Part shown: positions 50,251 to 64,000 of the stretch, piece after piece
How positions within the stretch are numbered: the stretch's first letter is position 1
Layout: every line of letters starts with the position of its first letter
Assembly (NCBI RefSeq): GCF_006345805.1
Contig: NC_043004.1
Location: 3,472,001 to 3,536,000 of the forward strand
Direction of reading: 5' to 3'
DNA from: Octopus sinensis
Lineage: Eukaryota
DNA: 64,000 nucleotides
The notes under the pieces: model-generated
What the model was told of the DNA's origin: nothing
The model's input: the letters and a program-made list of their open reading frames with translations, nothing else
Database searches by the model: none
Translations under genes and position numbers: made by a program

Positions 50251-50603
50251 CCACAGAAAAACCATGTCATTCTAAGAAGATAAATAAGAAATTACTTGGT
50301 CTTCGAGAAGAGCATTTGGTCCGGTTTCCTTCTTCAGAAAGGTACCCCTTCCAAGGCCCTTCTAATCCTATTTCGTCCACTCTTTTTTCTGGGAAATAGT
50401 AATCTTGTTTGGGCTGTTTTGGTGAGGAATTTCTCAAAATCTATCCCATTTTCTCTCAGCTTCTTTTTTAATAATTTTTTTTTATGAATTCCATCAACTC
50501 AATGTTGTTGTTTATAAAGATAATGTTGGTGGGGTTTTCTTGCTTGTGTATTTGGTTGTTTTTTGTTGCTGTTCGTTCTTTTCATTGTCGTTATTATTAT
50601 TAA

Positions 50604-50993
50604 GTGTGTGTGTGTGTGTGAAGGTGTGTGTGTGTGTATGAATTTGTGTGTGTGTGAAGTTGTGTATGTGTGAAGGTGTGTGTGTGTGAAGATGCGTGTG
50701 TGTGTGTGAAGAGGTGCGTGTGTGTGGAGGTGCGTGTGTGTGAAGGTGTATGTGTGTGTGAAGATGTGTGTGTGTGTGAAGGTGCGTGTCTGTGTGTGTG
50801 TCAAGGTGCTTGTATGTGTGTGGTGTGTGTGTGAAGATGTTTTTGTGTGTGAAGGTGCGTGTGTATGTGAAGGTGTGTGTCTGTAAATGTGCGTGTGTAA
50901 AGGTGTGTGTGTGAAGGTGCGTGTATTTGTGTGCGTCAAGGTGTTTGTGTGTGTGCATGTGTGTATGTATGCGAATGTGTGTGTGTGTGTGAA
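50604..50993. repeat. (TG)n-AAG minisatellite
   Basis: Variable-length GTGTGTGAAG units. Confidence 0.85.
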
Positions 50994-51358
50994 GCTGCGT
51001 GGCCCAGTGGCCAGGGTGTTGCACTCACAATCGCTAGGTCGTGGATTCTATTCCCAGACCGAGTGGTGCGTTGTGCTTTTGAGCAACACTTTCTCCAATC
51101 CACTCAGTTGTGTTGGGTCACCCTGACATGGACCAGCTTTCTGATCAGGGTGGATGTTGGCCTGCTCACCTATCCGGGGTGGCATCATCCGAAAGTTCAA
51201 ACGACGCAAAGCGCATTGTGGCCAGCGAACAGAGACGGGAGAGAGGAGGAGGATAGAGAGAGACAGACAGACAATCAGAGAGACAGACAGACAGGCGGGA
51301 GAGAGAGGGAAGATATACAGATGGATAGCTAGATAGATAGATAGATAGATAGATAGAT

Positions 51359-51398
<40 letters not shown>

Positions 51399-51651
51399 GG
51401 AGAGGAAGAGAGATGGGGAGAGAAGGAAGTGAGGAAAGAAAAGATACACATACAGTCACGCACGCACAGACAGACAGATACGTAGATTAGTAGATAGAGA
51501 GATAATGAATAAACAGACAGACAGACAGACAGAAAGGTTGACAGACAGACAGACAGACATAGGTAGGTATGTAAGTAGATAGATAGACAGACAGACAGAC
51601 AAGCAGGCAGCCAGACAGATAAATAGACAGACATACAGACATATAGGTAGG

Positions 51652-51710
<59 letters not shown>

Positions 51711-51759
51711 CAGGTAGATGGATAGATAGATAGATAGATACATACATACATAATCAATG

Positions 51760-51939
51760 CAAATGCTAGAGATATGTGGAAGAAGTCGCAAGCGCCTGTT
51801 TTGGGCGATTGTTGATGTGATAATCAGTGTGCAAAGTGCGGTGTCAGTGTTGTTTAAGAACGCATCATGGAACCGTGCGGTTGCAGTGACTCCCTTGACA
51901 TTGCTGGTCGTTGCTGCAGGACTTTGACGACACGAGCAG
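51760..51939 (-). other. Candidate terminal exon
   Basis: Long polypyrimidine tract plus TTTTACAG acceptor on the minus strand, followed by a GC-richer unique island. Confidence 0.3.
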
Positions 51940-53047
51940 CTGTAAAAGGCGAACGGAAAAGCAACGACGAAAAACGAAAAATGGAATGAGGAAATGGAGA
52001 AGGATACGTTTGAGATAATAATTAGAAATGGCGGGAACTGGTGTAACGGAAATAAGAAACGGGGAGGGAAAATGGAGGAATTGTCGTGTTGCAGAAGATA
52101 GAGAGGGATGGAAGGAAGAAATAGAGAGATAAAGAAAGTAGGGGTCCACAGAGTGATGAAGACAAGGAAGAGGGAAGACAGGCAGAAAAAAATAGAGCAA
52201 AAGAGGAAGAACAAAGAAGAGGAAAATAATAGGAATTAAAATAAGGAAAAGAAAGAAGAGAGAATTGAGATGTCATTGGAGAGAGTTGGTTGTTTGTAAA
52301 CAGTTTTGTCATTGATCATAATCTAGAGTGACAGTGAGAGGAGGGAAAAGGAAGAGGGGGATTTATGAGCGGAGAGTCAGGCGGGGAGAAGGAAGGAAGA
52401 CTAGTGAATGAGGTGGAGATTTAGAAGCATGGAGATAGAAGTAGTGGGAGGAGAGAAGTGGAGTGGTGGGAGGAGAGAAGTGGAGTGGTGGGGTGAAATG
52501 AGGAAATTGGGAAGGAGTGGAAAGTGAAGGAGTACGGAGGGAATACCTTCATTGACGGAATATACATAGATAGAGCGGGGTGGGCAAAAGTAGGTATACA
52601 ACTGTTTGTGACTCAAGCATTCATTTAAAGTCCCCAGAAATTAAAAAAAAAGAGGACTCCCAATGAACCAGACAGCGCCTGCAGATCCCTTCGTTGACTA
52701 ATGAGTCTGTTCGGCTTAAAACAAATCGTGGCATTCCGTCGGTTACGACGACGAGGGTTCCAGTTGATCTGATCAACGAAACAGCCTGCTCGGGAAATTA
52801 ACGTGCAAGTGGTTGAGCACTCCACAGACACGTGTACCCTTAACGTAGTTCTCGGGAAGATTCAGCGTGACACAGAGTGTGACAAGGCTGGCCCCTTTGA
52901 AATACAGGTACAACAGAGACTGGAAGAAAGTGTGAGAGAAAGTTGTGGTGAAAGAGTACAGCAGGGTTCGCCACTACCCCCTGCCGGAGCCTCTTGGCTC
53001 TTTAGATGTTTTCGCTCAATAAACACTCACAACGCCCGGTCTGTGTA

Positions 53048-53078
<31 letters not shown>

Positions 53079-53089
53079 ATTATTAATTA

Positions 53090-53365
53090 GTGGTTATAGG
53101 TATTCGGTTTATGATCGTAAGGTCATTCCCGGCGACGCGTTGTGTTCTTGAGCAAGACACTTTATTTCACATTGCTCCAGTCCACTCAGCTGGCAAAAAT
53201 GACTAGTACCTGTATTTCAAAGTGCCGGTGTTGTCACACTCTATGTCATGCTGAATCTCCCCGAGAACTACGTTAAGGGTACACGTGTCTGAGGAGTGCT
53301 CAGCTACTTGCTAGTTGATCGGATCAACTGGGACCCTCAAAGTCGTAACCGACGGAGTGCTCCTA
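53090..53365 (+). mobile_element. SINE family D copy
   Basis: Homologous to 27570-27795. Confidence 0.7.
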
Positions 53366-54533
53366 GTATATAAGACCGGTAGTTTCAGAGAAGGGGCTAA
53401 ATGGATTACATTGACCCCAGTGTTAAACTGGTACTTATTTCATCGACCCCGAAAGGGTGAAAGGCAAGGTCGACCTTGACGAATAAATTATTGTGTTTAT
53501 ATTAAAACGTATTGCATATGATCCATATCAATGTCGTCAGATAAATGTTACAAACCAATACAATTTACACTTAATAAAATTATGACATAATTGCGTATGT
53601 GTGTGTGTGTGTGTGAGTGTGTGTGATCATACACTGTTTTTACCGCTTTAGTTTAAAATTTAAGGCAAATATCGAGCTGTCTCCCCGTATTTTGTTTACG
53701 ATGAGTTACTGAATAGCGTAACCAGACATTGAACGATGGCAGGAATGTCATTGGAGGAGGGACTCGTCTCTCGTTTCGGTTTGCAGTGTTTGCCTTTCCG
53801 GTGTCTGTTACTGAAGAGGCGATAACCACTCTGAAATGCAACAAGTCTGGTTAAGGAACGCAGTAAATTGACTCGGTGTAATTACACCTATTAGTCTACG
53901 GCGAGAGATTTTCTCCATAACAAAATACAGTGAACAGCTTTCTTGCGGGTTTCGAATATGCCTCAAGCACATTTCAACTCGTAGCAACTTTGTACACTTC
54001 ACTGCTTAGCGCTATCACCCCCGTATACATGTATGTATACACACATGTACAGCACACTCACAAATATCTATAATTTGATCTCCCACACATTATATATTAC
54101 TTATGCAGTGTAATTTAATGTGTACTGAAAACCGAAAATGCGTCTGGTTTACCATCTTCTAAGAAAACTTTGAAAACTGTTTTCTGCACCGGGGTTGTTG
54201 TTGTTTTGCGGTAAGTTGGTGGGGTTGGGCGAAATCAAAAGCAATTTTATTCCATCATAAGTTGTGAGGAGTTAACCCTACATCTGTGATCTATCGAAAG
54301 GAGTATACTTCTAGGGAATATCTATTTTATATTTATCATATTTTATTATATTTTACTTGTTTCGGTCTTTAGAGCTGCGGCCATGCTGAGGCACCACCTT
54401 GAAGAATTTTTAGTTGAATGGACCCGACCCGGTTACTTTCTTTTAAGACTAGTCTCTATCCTATGGGTCTATTTTGAGACGTAACGACAACGCCGATTGT
54501 CGAGCGGTGGTGGAAGATAAAGATACACACACA

Positions 54534-54564
<31 letters not shown>

Positions 54565-54806
54565 ATATATAAGGGAGAGATAGAGAGATGAGAGACAGTT
54601 AATTTTCGTATAGAACACACATTTTAGTACTCAACAGGTTTAAACTTCAGCAGGGAGAGGTGCAAACGTAAGGACAAGTAAGTCAGGAAACTCGATATAG
54701 AAATCATTTCTAATCTGTGTAAATACATTTTGTATCAAATGTATTAAAATTTTTTTGGTATATCGACACGCTAAACTTACTTATCCTTATATATGTATAT
54801 GTGTGT

Positions 54807-54840
<34 letters not shown>

Positions 54841-55099
54841 ATATATATATATAATATCATGTCTGTGTGTATATTTACATATACATATATATATACATAT
54901 ATATACATATAATACACACACACCACACATATATATACACATATATATATATACATATATATGTATATACATATATATACATATATATATACATACATAT
55001 ATATATATATACATACATATATATATATAGACATATATATATATTTATTTGTATTTGCAGCTCATAGCTGTGACCGAGCTGGAGCACCGCCGTTTTGCT

Positions 55100-55400
55100 A
55101 CACTGTTATTACCAAGAGCCTCCTCTAATATGTGGCACTTAGTGTAGAATGGAGTTTGATGTAGCTACCCTCATTTGCACCTCTTGCCGTGAGTAGGTTC
55201 ATTTGGGACTCTCGACAGGAAGACGTCCAGCTTTGATTTAAAAAACCCTACATCTACTTTGTGTAGATTCCTCAGGCTCTTTGGGACAATATTAAAAAGC
55301 TGTGGGCCCCTGAAACCCAGGCTGTTGCAGTAACTGGTCCTGAAGCTCGATGGCATTGCTGGAATCTTTAGCACTGTGCAGTATCGACAATCATAACTTC
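55100..55400 (-). mobile_element. CR1/L2-group LINE 3' remnant
   Basis: NSLGFRGPQLFNIVPKSLRN...FKSKLDVFLSRVPNEP. Confidence 0.7.
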
Positions 55401-56773
55401 TCAACAATTTCCTGCGACTCAACAAACTCACGAACGACGCCTTTCCACTTCCTGCGATTTCTCATCTCTCGCCCTCAGTCATACACGCTACTGCTTATAC
55501 GAGTTCGGCTTCCATTCACACAGGGGTTGTCATGATTCTAGCCATAACAATATATATTAGGGGCTTCTTTCAGTTTCCGTCTACCAGATCTACACACAAA
55601 ACTTTGGTCCAGTGGGATTGAACCGGAAACCATATAGTAGCAATCTCCTTACCACACCTCCGAAATATGTGATTTTTAGGGAAGGAGGCGATGGGATGGC
55701 GTGAAAGTGGCGAGCTGGCAGCATATTTAGCACGTCGGACAAACTGCTTACTGGCATTGATTCCAGTTCTTTACATTCTGAGTTCAAATCCTGCTAAGGT
55801 GAAATTATACTTTTCATCCCTTCTTGGTTAATAGAATAACGTACAAATCAAGCAGTAGATTCATTGTAACTGATTTGCCCCTCCCCTCAAAATTATTGGC
55901 CTTGAAGCCTGTAACAAACAGTCGTCCTATTCAAGAAAATGTTGTGAATTCGGTCGTATAAGCCATAGAAACTCATGGGGGAAATGGGCTGGCGTGGCGC
56001 TCATCCTTATTCTTTTTAAAGCATGAACGCGTAAAATAACGTTCTGTGAAAAAATGGGCATTTCTTAAAAATATTCTTTATCGATGAGAGCAATCAGAAT
56101 GCACACGGCATTCTACTTCTTTCCAAAATGGTTGAGTCACATAAACTGAAGAAATTAGGCGATAATATATAATTCTATACGTGTACACAAACTAGCGTAT
56201 ACACGCACATTACCCACATACATACGCTCACACTTGCATATATAAGTTTTAATGTATTAACGGAAGAAAGGGCACACCATATAAGTAGTAGTAGTAGTAA
56301 GTAGTAGTAGTAGCAGCAGCAGTAACAGCAGTGGTGGTGGTGGTTATTCGTCCAAAACTGACGTTTTCGTCCTATTGTTAGAGTAACATTCGTTTCGATT
56401 GGATACTTACATATTTGCAGATATACGTGTGTGTGTGTGTGTGTGCGTGTGTGTGTGATACTAATTATATATATATATATATAAATGCGCCCTTTTAATG
56501 CCTTTCCAGGCTCATGGCCCGGTTTCTATGGCGTATGTGTTCCCCAGCTGGACGGGACGCCAGTCCATCGCAGCTTTACTCATTTTTGCCAGCTGAGTGG
56601 AGTGGAACAACGTGAAATGAAGTGTTTTGCTCAAGAACACAACGCGTCGCCCGGTCCAGGAATCGAAACCACAATCTTACGATCATGCTGCTGAAACCAT
56701 AACCACTAAGCCCTGCGCCTCCACACACACACACACCATATATATATTTATATATGCATATATATACATATGC

Positions 56774-56816
<43 letters not shown>

Positions 56817-57448
56817 ATATATATATATATCACTATATATATAATACATATATATATATATAATATATATAACACTACATGTATATATACATATACATGT
56901 ATATACACAGACATATATATATATACTATATATATATATATAATTCTACCATATACATGTATATACACACACATATATATATATACATATATATATATAA
57001 TTATATCATCTATAATATATATCTACATATATATACATATATATAATATATCTACATATATATACATATACATGTATATATACATATATATATACATGTA
57101 TACACACACACACACATATAATATATATATATATATATACACACACATATATATATACATACACATATATATATATACAAATATATATACATATATATAT
57201 ACACACATATATACATATATATACACACATATATACATATATATACACACATATATACATATATATACACACATATATATACATATATATATATACACAT
57301 ATATATACATATATATATATATACACACATATATATATATATACACATATATATACATATATATATACTCACATATATATACATATATATATACGCACAC
57401 ATATGAATACATATATACGCACACATATATATACATATATATGCACAC

Positions 57449-57479
<31 letters not shown>

Positions 57480-58922
57480 CACACACATATATATATACAT
57501 ATATATCTATATATACACACATATATATACACGTATATTTACATATATATATATAGCTACATATATGTAAATATAAGTATATATATGATTGGGTGGTAAG
57601 AAGTTTCCTTCCAAACCACATGGTTCCGGGTTCCGTCCCACTGCGTGACACCTCGAGCCGACCAAAACCTCGTGAGTGGATTTTGTAGATGGAAACTGAA
57701 AGAAGCCCATCCTAAACGCACGCATACATATATATACACACACACATACACAGCGAGCACTGGCGTTTCAGATCAACCCGTCCTCCCCTCACCGACCTCA
57801 AATCAATAAATAACAAGCCCCAACTTCAAATATCTCTATAAAACAACTCCAACAACAATAAAAACGTGTTATCTGATATTGAACCTGTTCTTCGCCAATT
57901 GGATGTCCGGCATTGATTTACGCTTTTGTTGTAATTTGTTTTTGATTGGGGCGTTTTTTTGTTTTTTTTTATGTTTTCTTATCTTCTTCAGGTATTCAAA
58001 CGATGACAGGGAGCGAAAGATTATTGGATTTTTGCCAATGACATTTGTTAATCTATTAATCTGACGGTCGTGTTTGTATAAGTCGGAGTATGCCGTTGTT
58101 TACCGATCGCCCACTCAACGGCTACTCCCTCCCTCCCTGCCGCCGGCACCGACACCGCTTCCACCCGTAATATTTGTTCATACGTTAGTTTTTCTATGGC
58201 TTGTACAAAATGTCACTCGCAAGAGAACAGGTTCTTTCAAACGTGTAGCTTTTTCCTTCTAAATATCAGAAGATCTACTACGTGCATCACTTGAAATATG
58301 CCACTGAGCAGTGACAGACGTTCGCTTCCCGAGCCGTACTCATTTCACTGCTCTTAGGTCACTAATCGTTTGTCTGTTCTGGCACTGTGCGTTCTCAGTT
58401 CAAATTGCACTGAGGCCATCTTTGTCTTTCCTGCCTTCGGAACCATGCTGCAGCACAGATTCAATCGACGCCAGTCATTTAATTTTTTTTTTTTTTTTTT
58501 GAAGCCTGGTACTTATTATGTCGGTCTCGTTTACCGACTCGCTATGTCACAGCGACGTAAACACACCTACACCGGTTGTGAAGCGATGGTGGTGTCAAAC
58601 AAGGAACAGCACAAAGAGATGACATATATATATATATATAGTATAATATATATATATTATATATATATATATACATATATATATATACATATTACATATA
58701 TATATATTTATATATATATATTAATCCATATACATAGTGCATATATATATGTATATATGAACATATGTAAATATATATATATACATATACATATATATAT
58801 GTATATATACATATATATATACATATATACATAAATAAACATATATACATATATATATACATATACAAACATATATACATATATATATACATAGACATAT
58901 ACACATATATATATACATATAT

Positions 58923-58924
<2 letters not shown>

Positions 58925-59014
<90 letters not shown>

Positions 59015-59690
59015 AAGTTAATGTGGCTCAAAAGCAATAGCAAGGCCATGTAGGGGGACATGGAGTTAAGTACAGGGTGGTGTTCATGTAAAGAGTTCAG
59101 GCCACTTGAGGTCCAGGGAGACTTTGAACAAAGCGGTCGTCGGCATCTTCACCATCTCGTCTGGCAGCTTGTTCCACGGATCCGCAAACGGACGGAGAAA
59201 GCTCCTCTCCCTTCGATTTGGATGTAATCGTCGCAGGTAGAGCTTTTCGGAAGACCCCGCAGCCGACGCTCTGGAGCAGGAGTGAAGAACAGCTCTTTCG
59301 AGAGGTTACACTTTCCGCTTATGATGTTGTGGGCGAGAATGAGATCACCACGGCGGCGGCGTTTTTCTAGAGAATAAAGGTCGAGCGTTCTCAGCCTTTC
59401 TTCATAGGACAAATTTTTGAGACCATGAAACATGCGGGTAGTCAGCTTCTGGACTCTTTCGAGATGATGTATGTCTTTGAGGTGATAAGGAGAAGAGGCT
59501 TGAATCCCGTACTCCAATATGGGTCCCACCAGCGTGACATAGAGTGGTAGGAATATGGCTGCTGTGAGCATTCCGAATGACTGTCGAATCAAGAACAGAA
59601 CTCCGCGTGCTTTGTTGGCAGCATGGACACACTGGGCCGAAGGCGAAAAGGAGGAATCCACAAGATACCCAGGTCCTTTACCTGATCGGT
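58925..59690 (-). mobile_element. 5'-truncated CR1-like LINE with (TAAC)n 3' tail
   Basis: LYVTLVGPILEYG, LERVQK..TR, LSYEERL, YSLEKRRRRGDLI. (GTTA)n at 58925-59020. Confidence 0.85.
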
Positions 59691-59726
59691 CCTCTCCAGC
59701 AGCAGACGAAAAATAACACATATATC

Positions 59727-60680
59727 AGCTCCAGAAGGTCATCAATGGCGTGGATGACCGAATAAACCTTCAGTCAGACCTACTGGCTGTTGTCCAATGG
59801 GCGGAAAAAGAAAACATGTTGCAATGAAGACAAATTTGAACTGATCCACTTTGGAAGGGAGGACGCTCTGAAACTCCCATACTCTCTTCCTTCTGGAGAA
59901 ATTCTCATGGCATCCAACAACATCAGAGACCTGGGAGTAACAGTGGACACAACAAACATAAGCTGGGCTACACATATAAGCAGCAAAGTTGACATGGCCC
60001 GCAGAATGTGTTCTGGATTCTCAGAACCTTCCAGTCGAGAGATTCCCACGCTATTATCCTTCTCTTCTCCACTTTTGCCCGACCCCACCTTGAATACTGC
60101 TGTCCACTGTGGTCTCCCTACACAAAACAAAATATTATGAGAATTGAAGCTCCCCAAAGGTCAATCACAAAAAAGATAGATGGCATGTCAGACCTTGACT
60201 ACTGGGGTAGACTAGAGAAGCTGAAATTGTATTCACTCCAACGACGCCGTGAACGCTACATTATCTGTATTATGTGGAAAATATTCCACCAGCACTGTCC
60301 AAATGATGTTGGCATCACCTTCAAAATGCATCCAAGGCTTGGACCACGTGCCATCCGTCCCAACAAAAATCTAAATCGCATCACATAACGACAATACGGC
60401 ACAACTATTTCACCTCAATTGGACCTGCTCTCTTCAACATTACACCAGGGCACGTCAAAAAAGAAACTGACCACACAAATTCAAGAAGTCTTTGGACAAA
60501 TTCCTTCAAACAGTACGGACAAACCACCCACACCCGGATATGTCTCCGCAAACAATACTCTCTGCTCGAATGGGCCTTGGTGCCCAAATCCTGACTGAAA
60601 GACTTCACCAGGTGGTGCTATTAAGTTAGACATGGCCGGGGCCAATACTGCCAAAACCTTTCTAAGTTATTCTAAGTTAT
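59727..60680 (+). mobile_element. 5'-truncated copy of the same CR1/L2-group family as 45505-46672
   Basis: Nearly identical peptide (EDKFELIHFGREDALKLPYSLPSGE...). Ends TCTAAGTTATTCTAAGTTAT. Confidence 0.9.
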
Positions 60681-61023
60681 ATATACAATACATAAATATA
60701 TACATATACATATATATACATTTGCATATACATATATACATATATTAATTCAATTTTGGAGGGATTAATCGATATGAGTGCTTTCTATTTCAGATAATGC
60801 AAAAATAACCTAATGATTATATCTGACAGTAAACTCATGGTATCAGTTTGCACATCACGAAATATTACTTAAAGGATATAACTAAAATTATCAGCATGGT
60901 ATATAATATACTTCATAAATTATATCATACTTTAGTTAATACTTATATTTATTAAATATGAAGGACTACGCGTGTTTCAGTATTGGAAGATTATAATATT
61001 TATACACATACACAACTGTATAC

Positions 61024-61078
<55 letters not shown>

Positions 61079-61395
61079 ATATATATGCAATCGTCAGATT
61101 ACAATTATTCCAACATATCTTTTAAGTTCTATTTCAAAATATTTAAAATCTAATTTTACATCCCTTTAAGAATAAGCAATACAATTAAGCATTAAAGATT
61201 AAAAATTAAGAATTAGAAATTATACTTTGCAATATTGAAAATTAGAATGTATAAATTATACATTATAAATATGAATTAGTATATATATCAATCATGTAAA
61301 ATCAAGTATATGTCAAATACAGAATGTGAGATTAAACATCAGAATAAAAATGTCTGTGTTTAAAGGTGATATATAACAAGAAAAATTCAAATACA

Positions 61396-61766
61396 TATAT
61401 AGACGATATGAAAATGGAGGAAAAAGAACAATATGAGGTGTGTCTTTCGGGCTAGGAAGCCATTATTTCATTAGCTAAGAAAGGTGACAGCGGGAGTGAG
61501 TTTACGATCATTTTGTGTACCATGGGAAGGAAAATATATATTTTTTTGCATCGTTGCCAATGGTAGACATCATCAGAACTAAGAAGTCAGAAGTAGAGAA
61601 GAGCGAAAGGTAGAGGGATACATTGGAAAAGAAAATGATCAAAGTTCGAAACGATCGTAAACTCACTCTCACTCTAAACCTTTCTTAACTAATTAAATAA
61701 TGGCTTTCTAGCGCAAAAGACACACTTCTTATTGTTACCTTTCCTCCATTTTCTTATCGTCTATAT
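61396..61766. mobile_element. MITE-like element with ~115-bp inverted arms
   Basis: ATATAGACGATATGAAAATGGAGG...GAGTTTACGATC / GATCGTAAACTC...CCTCCATTTTCTTATCGTCTATAT. Confidence 0.7.
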
Positions 61767-61909
61767 AAATTAAACTACGGTTTACCCGCCAAATTACCTG
61801 CTGACGTACGCCTTTTACCAAGGACTATACCTTGAGGTAATTACCAGGAGTGCCTTCCGATATATCTATCCCTTAGAGGTTTAAACACCTCTAACTTATA
61901 CCGATATAC

Positions 61910-61967
<58 letters not shown>

Positions 61968-62364
61968 TACATATATAATATATACATACACATATATATA
62001 TATATATATAGATACATACGTATATATATAGATATATATATATATACAACACATATATATATATACATTTATATACATATATATTTATATAGATATATAT
62101 ACACACACACATACTATATATATATATATACTGTATTAATATATATAGATATATATATATATATATAACAAGCTTCTTTCAGTTCCCGTAGACAAAATCT
62201 TTGTTTGGCCTGAGGCTTTAGTAGAAATCACTTGCCCTGGGTGCCACACAGTGGGACTGAACCCGGAACCACGTGATTGGGAATTAAAACTTCTTATCAT
62301 ACACCCACACCTACGCATATATATGCTAGAGAGAGAATGAGAGAGAGCGAGAGAGAGAGAGAGA

Positions 62365-62575
62365 GGTGAGCTAGCAGAATCGTTGGCGCGCTGGACGATA
62401 TGTTTAGCGGTATTTCGCCTGTCGTTACGTTGTGAGTTCAAATTCCGCCGAGGTTGACTTTGCCATTCATCCTTTCGGGGTTGATAGATCTAAGTACCAG
62501 TTGAACACTGGGGTCGATGTAATCAACTGGTCTCCTCCCTAAGATGGTTTCCCTTGTGGGAAAATTTGAAACCAT
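62365..62575 (+). mobile_element. SINE family A monomer (non-Tx1 tail), target site unoccupied
   Basis: Continuous head-GGTATTTCGCCTGTCG-B box-core. Confidence 0.8.
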
Positions 62576-62590
62576 TATTATTACTATTAA

Positions 62591-62720
62591 TATTTAAATC
62601 AGTTTGATTCCGTTTCTGTGCTACTTCAAGTTTTGCAGGACCCTAAGAAGCATGAAGGAGTCCAGCTCCCGTTAGGGGCCTGCGAAGTAGCACGGAAACC
62701 GAATCAAGCTGATTTAAATA
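62591..62720. repeat. 130-bp hairpin/inverted repeat
   Basis: TATTTAAATCAGTTTGATTCCGTTTCTGTGCTACTTC ... GAAGTAGCACGGAAACCGAATCAAGCTGATTTAAATA. Confidence 0.8.
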
Positions 62721-62852
62721 ATACATGTAGCTTCTTATAAATGTTTTTAAGTGTCCAGTTCTTTCCTTTGTCCACTCACTCATATATATTATGGCCGTAA
62801 GTTGAACCTCCTATCTACTGAGCCGCACGCCTTTATAACGCTATACATGTAT

Positions 62853-63078
62853 TTGGTTGGTTGGTTGGTTGGTTGGTTGGTTGGTTGGTTGGGTGGTGGT
62901 TGGTGGTTGGTTGGTTGGTTGGTTGGTTGGTTGGTTGGTTGGTGGTTGGTTGGTTGGTGGTTGGTTGGTTGGTGGTTGGTGGTGGTTGGTTGGTTGGTTG
63001 GTGGTTGGATGGATGGATGGATGGATGGATGGATGGATGGATGGATGGATGGATGGATGATGGATGGATGGATGGATG

Positions 63079-63114
<36 letters not shown>
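62853..63114. repeat. Compound microsatellite (GGTT)n-(GGAT)n-(GATA)n
   Basis: Directly visible. Confidence 0.95.
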
Positions 63115-64000
63115 TGTTTCTTTATTAGCCACACAGGGCTGCACACAGATAGAACAAATTACAAGGTAGAGCTTTTCTTTTGAAGGTTTAAAAAAAATAA
63201 AATAAAAAAAATTTTTTAATAAAAAATAAAATAAAAATAAAATAAAATAAAAAGGGGGGGGTCGATCAAAAGGGATCGTAAAAGAGAGAAAGAGGACAAA
63301 AAAAAGGGGGGGTTAAAAAAAAGGGGGAGAGGAAAAAAATTGATCAATAGGGATCGTTATCACAGAAATGTCAATATGAAGTGTAAAGGGGAGGACAGGT
63401 GAGGTTTACCCGTGGAAAGAAAAGCCTACGGAAAAGACCACGGTAACCTCGGTCAATGAAGTCACATGTTATATTTCTTTTTTTTTTTTTTTGCAAATAA
63501 GCAACTCTCTGTATTATTTTTACGGTTCATAGAATCATAGTCAAGGTGGCTTCGTCATTCATACGTGCCATCCTTGCTACATTCACCCATCTTTTTTTAA
63601 AACATTCACTAGACTAAACTTGCCTCTCTACTCTCACTTTTTTCTTCAAGTGATACTTGAAGAAGTTGATGAGAGATTGACCAGAGAGGAAAGTGTTTGT
63701 CTCTAATCCTTTCAGACGCGTCCACCAGATACATTCTTTCGCCATAGCCACAAGTATGATAAAAATAGCTTTCCTTCCCGTTTGAAGGAAGGAGGCGTGA
63801 CGATATTAACGATAGACTCGGCTGATAAACCGCACCGTCCCACACGTGACAGCAGTCGTTCGACATAAGCCCACAGGTGGGAAATTGCTGGACACTGCAC
63901 GATTGCGTGCAGAGCGGTTTCGTCGCTCTGCCCGCATCTCGGGCAGGTCGGCCCCGTGTTTCTCGAGCCATGCCTATAGAGCTTATCCCGAACGGGTAGC
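63115..64000 (-). mobile_element. 3' end of a third Tx1-clade LINE (runs off the window)
   Basis: Frameshifted ORF2 C-terminus (QCPAISHLWAYVERLLSRVGRCGLSAESIVNIVTPP). 3' UTR ends AGCCCTGTGTGGCTAATAAAGAAACA next to (TATC)n. Confidence 0.88.

Noticed and set aside
58925-59020. Interstitial telomere repeat
   Set aside because: It is (GTTA)n, not TTAGGG, and lies at the 3' end of a CR1-like element as its tail.

Overview
Eukaryotic, AT-rich, microsatellite-dense DNA with a 100-N scaffold gap at 39974-40073. The SINE families and repeat landscape look like a coleoid cephalopod, probably Octopus (inference). No host gene can be called with confidence; there are only a few weak exon candidates. The window is mostly retroelements: two full-length L1/Tx1-clade LINEs (about 425-5859, and 13972-19325 with an unbroken 1134-aa EN-RT ORF2), the 3' end of a third Tx1 family, a decayed Tx1, R4/Dong-like, CR1/L2-like, Penelope-like and Gypsy remnants, several tRNA-derived SINE families, MITEs, a Helentron-type element and minimal hammerhead motifs. 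The main observation is an apparent site-specific LINE/SINE system. Both full-length Tx1 LINEs sit between the A and B boxes of a tRNA-derived SINE head, with ~16-bp target-site duplications. One SINE family carries the Tx1 3' terminus (small hairpin plus ARTAAAGAAATA) and appears to insert into the same GGTATTT site inside its own head, building 184-bp-period arrays at four separate loci.
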